A stretch of 64,000 nt of DNA from Gammaproteobacteria bacterium (GTDB taxonomy: Bacteria; Pseudomonadota; Gammaproteobacteria; UBA4575): assembly GCA_965243395.1 (NCBI GenBank), contig CBDEUS010000001.1:576001-640000 (forward strand). The letters are read 5' to 3'. Made by a program: the position numbers and the translations under genes. Position 1 is the stretch's first letter. Every line of letters starts with the position of its first letter. Positions 60,908 to 64,000 of the stretch are shown here, in pieces. The notes beneath the pieces were generated by a model. It ran no database searches. It saw only the letters and a list, made by a program, of their open reading frames with translations, and was not told the origin of the DNA.

Positions 60908-63394
60908 ATGTTTAATTTTTATCGTAAACTTATCGCCAGACAATTGCGTTTGAGTTCAATGCGATTGTTTTGTTTAGCTGTGGCAATTTCTTGTGCGGTT
61001 ACATTCAGTATTACTTTATTAGGTGATCGACTAGAGCAGTTATTTAATCAACAAGCAAAAGAAGTGATCGCCGCAGATCTTGCTCTACAATCTACAACAG
61101 AGCTAAGCAAAGAACAAAAAACTATCATTTCTGAATTTTCACTACAGACTGCTATAACTCTAAGTTTTCAAACAATGTCTAACGCTGGCGACGAATTTTT
61201 GCTTTCAAGCGTTAAAGCAGTTTCCAATGAGTATCCTTTATTAGGGCAATTACAGGTAGCAGACCAACTATATGGAGAAACTATAGCAACTCAAGATGTG
61301 CCTATACCCGGTAATGTTTGGGTTGAAGATCGGGTGCTGAATGAACTTGGGTTGGCTCTCGGCGAGAAAATAAATATTGGAGAGCATAAATTTACCATCA
61401 CTCGTATTCTAGTTTATGAGCCAGATCGAGGAAATAGTTTTTATAGTTTTACACCTCGTGTCATGATGAATATTAGTGATTTAGATGCAACGCAAATTGT
61501 TAAACCAGGTAGCCGAGTTAATTTTCGTTATCTTTTCAGTGGTCAAGTAAATGACTTGTCTGCTTTGCAAAATAAGTTGCAGCCTACGCTACAACTTAAT
61601 CAAGAATTTATAAGTATAGATTCAGCTAATCAAACTTTGGCAGCAACTTTAAATCGAGCATATCGATTTTTACACGTTACTGCACTGATTGCTGTATTAC
61701 TAGGTGCGGTGGCTGCAGCATTAGTAAGTTACCAATATGCAAATGAAATGACCTACCATTATGCATTATTGAGATGCTTAGGATTGCAAGGGAAAAGAAT
61801 GAAGGCCGCTGTGGTATTGCCATTAATTGTATTTAGTCTGATTGCAATTATTTTTGGTTTATTGCTGGGTGCGCTGACACATTTATTGATCCTGAGAAAT
61901 CTAACTGAACTCATTCCGGAGTCATTACCATCTGCAACTAGCAAACCTTATTTACTCAGTATACTTACAGCAGGTCTCGTGGTTGCTAGTTTTGCTTTAC
62001 CATTTTTATACAAATTATTAAATACCGCACCAAAGTTGTTACTAAACCGTGTTGAAGAACAAAAACGCTCCATCCTTGTGAGCATGATTATTATGTTTAT
62101 CGGTTTGATTGTGCTTATTTATATTAGCACTCAGGATGTGAAAATAAGTGTATATATCTTATTTATATTATGCATGTTCATGTTGATTGCGTATGTATTA
62201 ACCAAAGTAGCTATTGGTTGGTTAGTAAAACAAAGTAATGTTTCAAATGTTAAACTAAAATTAACTGCACGAAATTTAAATGCTAACCGCAGAATGGTTG
62301 TAATACAGGTAATAGCAATAGCCATCACATTTTTTTCTTTAGCACTGATTACGACTATTAGAGATGATTTACTAGCATCGTGGCAATCTAAAGTACCTGA
62401 TAATGCTCCTAATATCTTTGTAATTAATCTTTTTGAAAAAGATAAGCAAGAATTTCAAAATACTTTGAATCAATATGAATTAGCACACAGTCCCTTATAC
62501 CCTATAGTTAGAGGACGTCTTAGTGCAGTAAATGGCCGACCCATTCGTGAATATGCAAGCAAAGAGGATGATCGAGACGATGAGTCATTAGGACGTGATT
62601 TGGCACTTACGTGGAATATGCAATTACCACGCGATAATCAGATATTACAAGGCATTTGGCATAGTGAAAATTTAGATAATAATTTTGCAACTGTTTCTGT
62701 CGAACAAGGATTAGCTGAAAATTTAGATATTCAACTCGATGATACTCTAGCGTTTACTGTAGATACGCACACAGTAGAAGCGAAAGTAACAAGTATTCGT
62801 TCCGTAGAGTGGCAGTCTTTCACCCCAAATTTTTATATGATTTTCTATCCTGGTGCGTTAGATGGATTGCCGCTTACCTATATGGGAAGTATACATTTGA
62901 GCCAGCATCAGCGATCTCTTTTGCGTGAGTTTGTGCAAAAATTTCCAAGTGCCACATTTTTTGATGTTGATTTTCTATTAAATCGAATTCGTGGCATCTC
63001 GCAAAAAATTAGTTATGCAATAGAAACGGTCTTGTATTTTGCTTTGTTTGCTAGTGTGCTTGTGTTTATATCAATTGAAATGATATTGCGTAAAAATCGT
63101 ATTTACAGTACTGCAATCTTTAAGGCGGTAGGTGCAAATACCAAACTGATACAAAGCATATTTCGTAGTCAATTTTTACTAATTGGGCTAATTGCTGGGG
63201 CGATAGCCTATACTTTAAATCTTTTGATTAGCTTTATATTATCTAATTATATAATTGAAGGTAACTTTATCGTAAATCCTAAAACAGCTGTATTGTGTTT
63301 AGTCATTACACCTTTATTAGTTTTGTTAGCTGGATATATCTCAATTCAACGCACTAAACAAGTGCCTGTAAAAGAGTTACTTACAGAAATGTGA
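60908..63394 (+). CDS. ybbP: FtsX-type ABC permease YbbP
   Basis: VKAVS..YPL.G, PRVMMN..DL, APN.F.IN, P..RGRL and R.V.W.SF.PNF motifs. tesA-ybbA-ybbP synteny. Confidence 0.9.
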   Translation: MFNFYRKLIARQLRLSSMRLFCLAVAISCAVTFSITLLGDRLEQLFNQQAKEVIAADLALQSTTELSKEQKTIISEFSLQTAITLSFQTMSNAGDEFLLSSVKAVSNEYPLLGQLQVADQLYGETIATQDVPIPGNVWVEDRVLNELGLALGEKINIGEHKFTITRILVYEPDRGNSFYSFTPRVMMNISDLDATQIVKPGSRVNFRYLFSGQVNDLSALQNKLQPTLQLNQEFISIDSANQTLAATLNRAYRFLHVTALIAVLLGAVAAALVSYQYANEMTYHYALLRCLGLQGKRMKAAVVLPLIVFSLIAIIFGLLLGALTHLLILRNLTELIPESLPSATSKPYLLSILTAGLVVASFALPFLYKLLNTAPKLLLNRVEEQKRSILVSMIIMFIGLIVLIYISTQDVKISVYILFILCMFMLIAYVLTKVAIGWLVKQSNVSNVKLKLTARNLNANRRMVVIQVIAIAITFFSLALITTIRDDLLASWQSKVPDNAPNIFVINLFEKDKQEFQNTLNQYELAHSPLYPIVRGRLSAVNGRPIREYASKEDDRDDESLGRDLALTWNMQLPRDNQILQGIWHSENLDNNFATVSVEQGLAENLDIQLDDTLAFTVDTHTVEAKVTSIRSVEWQSFTPNFYMIFYPGALDGLPLTYMGSIHLSQHQRSLLREFVQKFPSATFFDVDFLLNRIRGISQKISYAIETVLYFALFASVLVFISIEMILRKNRIYSTAIFKAVGANTKLIQSIFRSQFLLIGLIAGAIAYTLNLLISFILSNYIIEGNFIVNPKTAVLCLVITPLLVLLAGYISIQRTKQVPVKELLTEM

Positions 63395-63485
63395 TCCGAC
63401 TAAGCTTAAATATTTTGTTATTGAGCTTGAATTTCATAATTTTGGCTACATATTAATAAAATGTAGAATATTTAAGGTAGTTTAA

Positions 63486-63659
63486 ATGGACATTAACCAG
63501 CTTTTGTTTTTTGGAAACCATAACGCAACCAATCAATATTGCACAGTGATCAATGAGCATGGTCTGGTGTATTATTGTGAAACAGATGATGAGAAACACC
63601 CCGAAGGGGAATGGAAGCTCGTCAATTTAGATTTACATGCTATGAGCGTATTACATTAA
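63486..63659 (+). CDS. Small hypothetical protein (57 aa)
   Basis: ORF read by hand (MDINQLLFFG...MSVLH), below the track cut-off. SD-like TAAGGT upstream. Confidence 0.45.
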   Translation: MDINQLLFFGNHNATNQYCTVINEHGLVYYCETDDEKHPEGEWKLVNLDLHAMSVLH

Positions 63660-63679
63660 TCATATTCAATAGAATAATT

Positions 63680-63805
63680 ATGAACAGGAGATTAATCATC
63701 GCAATTATAATTGCTGTATTTGCTGCTGCGGTTTATTTTTTTGAAACTGGAGAAAAAGATCAGGCGGTTACTCCTGTCGAAGCCCCAAATCATGTAAAAG
63801 GTTGA
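63680..63805 (+). CDS. Small single-TM protein
   Basis: MNRR plus a hydrophobic helix, 41 aa. Confidence 0.45.
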   Translation: MNRRLIIAIIIAVFAAAVYFFETGEKDQAVTPVEAPNHVKG

Positions 63806-63815
63806 TGGATATTAT

Positions 63816-64000
63816 ATGCAGATTGAAAATTTTCTTTCGAAACTGAATTCTTCTCCAGACACCATAGAATTCAATGAAACGATGGCTGTAATTGACGTTA
63901 ATTACAACTACACGCCTACTATATTTACAAATGGTACGATATTAAACCAAGCTGGCGAAAATGAAGGTTCTTGCAAACTTTTTGCATTCGCGCAACTGCA
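63816..64000 (+). CDS. HopJ-family protein, 3'-truncated by the window edge
   Basis: Hand translation MQIENFL...IEFNETMAVID.NY.YTPT.F.NG...NQAGENEGSCKLFAFAQL carries the family signature N.GSCK.FAFA. Confidence 0.8.
   Translation, partial: MQIENFLSKLNSSPDTIEFNETMAVIDVNYNYTPTIFTNGTILNQAGENEGSCKLFAFAQL

Noticed and set aside
63816-64000. Type III secretion effector implying pathogenicity
   Set aside because: HopJ-family proteins are common in non-pathogenic bacteria, and no secretion genes are present here.

Overview
AT-rich (roughly 35-40% GC by eye) gammaproteobacterial chromosome segment. No integrase, transposase, rRNA or CRISPR array was seen. From left to right: (1) the tail of an unexplained biosynthetic-looking cluster (two citrate-synthase-fold proteins and an O-methyltransferase), followed by a TonB-dependent receptor, a periplasmic binding protein and a 1506-aa phosphorelay-GGDEF-EAL fusion; (2) an acyl-CoA synthetase with a Liv-type ABC importer; (3) rraA, aceA, an atypical icd, tRNA-Ser(GGA) and small hypotheticals; (4) a ~15 kb thiocyanate/cyanate module (cobalt thiocyanate hydrolase scnBAC plus activator, cyanase, CynR, DsrE protein, NrtA/CynA-type ABC importer, two porins, cbtA and two cbtB copies), whose three promoters share a 42-bp LysR-type operator read directly from the sequence; (5) housekeeping genes ffs-dnaX-ybaB-recR, rsgA, orn, nadB, rpoE-rseA-rseB-degP-lepA, folP, tesA-ybbA-ybbP. 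dnaX carries recoding signals, and rsgA and ybbA appear to need non-AUG starts. Family calls come from remembered motifs, not database searches.
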